From contig CAVOHZ010000010.1 in the NCBI GenBank assembly GCA_963695855.1, forward strand, positions 1,056,001 to 1,120,000: 64,000 nt of DNA, in the 5' to 3' direction. A program made the position numbers and the translations under genes. This document shows positions 63,645 to 64,000 of the stretch, in pieces; the first letter of the stretch is position 1, and each line of letters opens with the position of its first letter. The notes below the pieces were generated by a model. That model made no database searches and had not been told where the DNA came from. It was given only the letters and a program-made list of their open reading frames with translations. Source of the stretch: an uncultured Nitrososphaerales archaeon. Lineage in GTDB: Archaea; Thermoproteota; Nitrososphaeria; Nitrososphaerales; Nitrososphaeraceae.

Positions 63645-64000
63645 TTAGTGATCAAGAGACATCATAGTAAACAAGGCAGCTCCTTTAGTAGCAAGCTCGG
63701 CTGTAATTTTGCTATCATCATCACTTCCAATAATAATAACATCATTGTCTTTTGGTTTTAGCTTTTGAATTAATAAATCCTTTATAATATCTTCTCTATC
63801 TAATGCATCATACTCCGTTTCAGGAATAAGAAATTTACCATTAGAAAAGATAAGAGTTGTAGCGCCAATAGCACCCAATTTTATCGCTTCATCACGCTGT
63901 TCCAATCCTGACCCGATCAGCCTAGCAGAATTTTTTAACAATATACAATAATTGAATTTTCCCAAAGTGATGGAACTTTTTGGAATTATAGTTTCCGATG
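63645..64000 (-). CDS. DUF4443/PH0730-like protein, C-terminal part (partial, runs off window end)
   Basis: GLEQRDEAIKLGA.GATTL, DVIIIGS; frame open to the window edge. Confidence 0.75.
   Translation of the reverse strand, partial: SETIIPKSSITLGKFNYCILLKNSARLIGSGLEQRDEAIKLGAIGATTLIFSNGKFLIPETEYDALDREDIIKDLLIQKLKPKDNDVIIIGSDDDSKITAELATKGAALFTMMSLDH

Overview
AT-rich archaeal chromosome segment. Thermosome, fibrillarin/Nop5, Trm1, pelota, an ESCRT-III/Snf7 paralogue and small thaumarchaeal-type proteins point to an ammonia-oxidising archaeon of the Nitrososphaerales (Nitrosocosmicus-like; inference). Housekeeping blocks (1-14.9 kb and 32.3-50.6 kb: glycosylation, chaperonin, UbiD, tRNA/rRNA modification, RNase HII, sat-cysH, pyrK-pyrD) alternate with accessory stretches. 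One accessory stretch (about 19.8-32.2 kb) carries patatin, SDR, pyruvate-oxidase-like, RTX-repeat and PsbP-DsbA genes, several decayed ORFs, an unannotated 45-aa 10-Cys peptide, and a broken cupredoxin-adenylate cyclase fusion. At about 50.7-53.7 kb lies a collapsed integrated element: integrase N-terminus, Rep-like C-terminus with iteron-like 9-mers, small ORFs, and TerS-like plus TerL-ATPase pseudogenes, bounded by a candidate direct repeat. A GC-enriched three-hairpin element with G-U pairs at 58901-59055, preceded by a TATA-like box, is a good candidate for an undescribed ncRNA. I recognised no tRNA, rRNA or CRISPR array. All family calls come from motif recognition by eye, not database searches.
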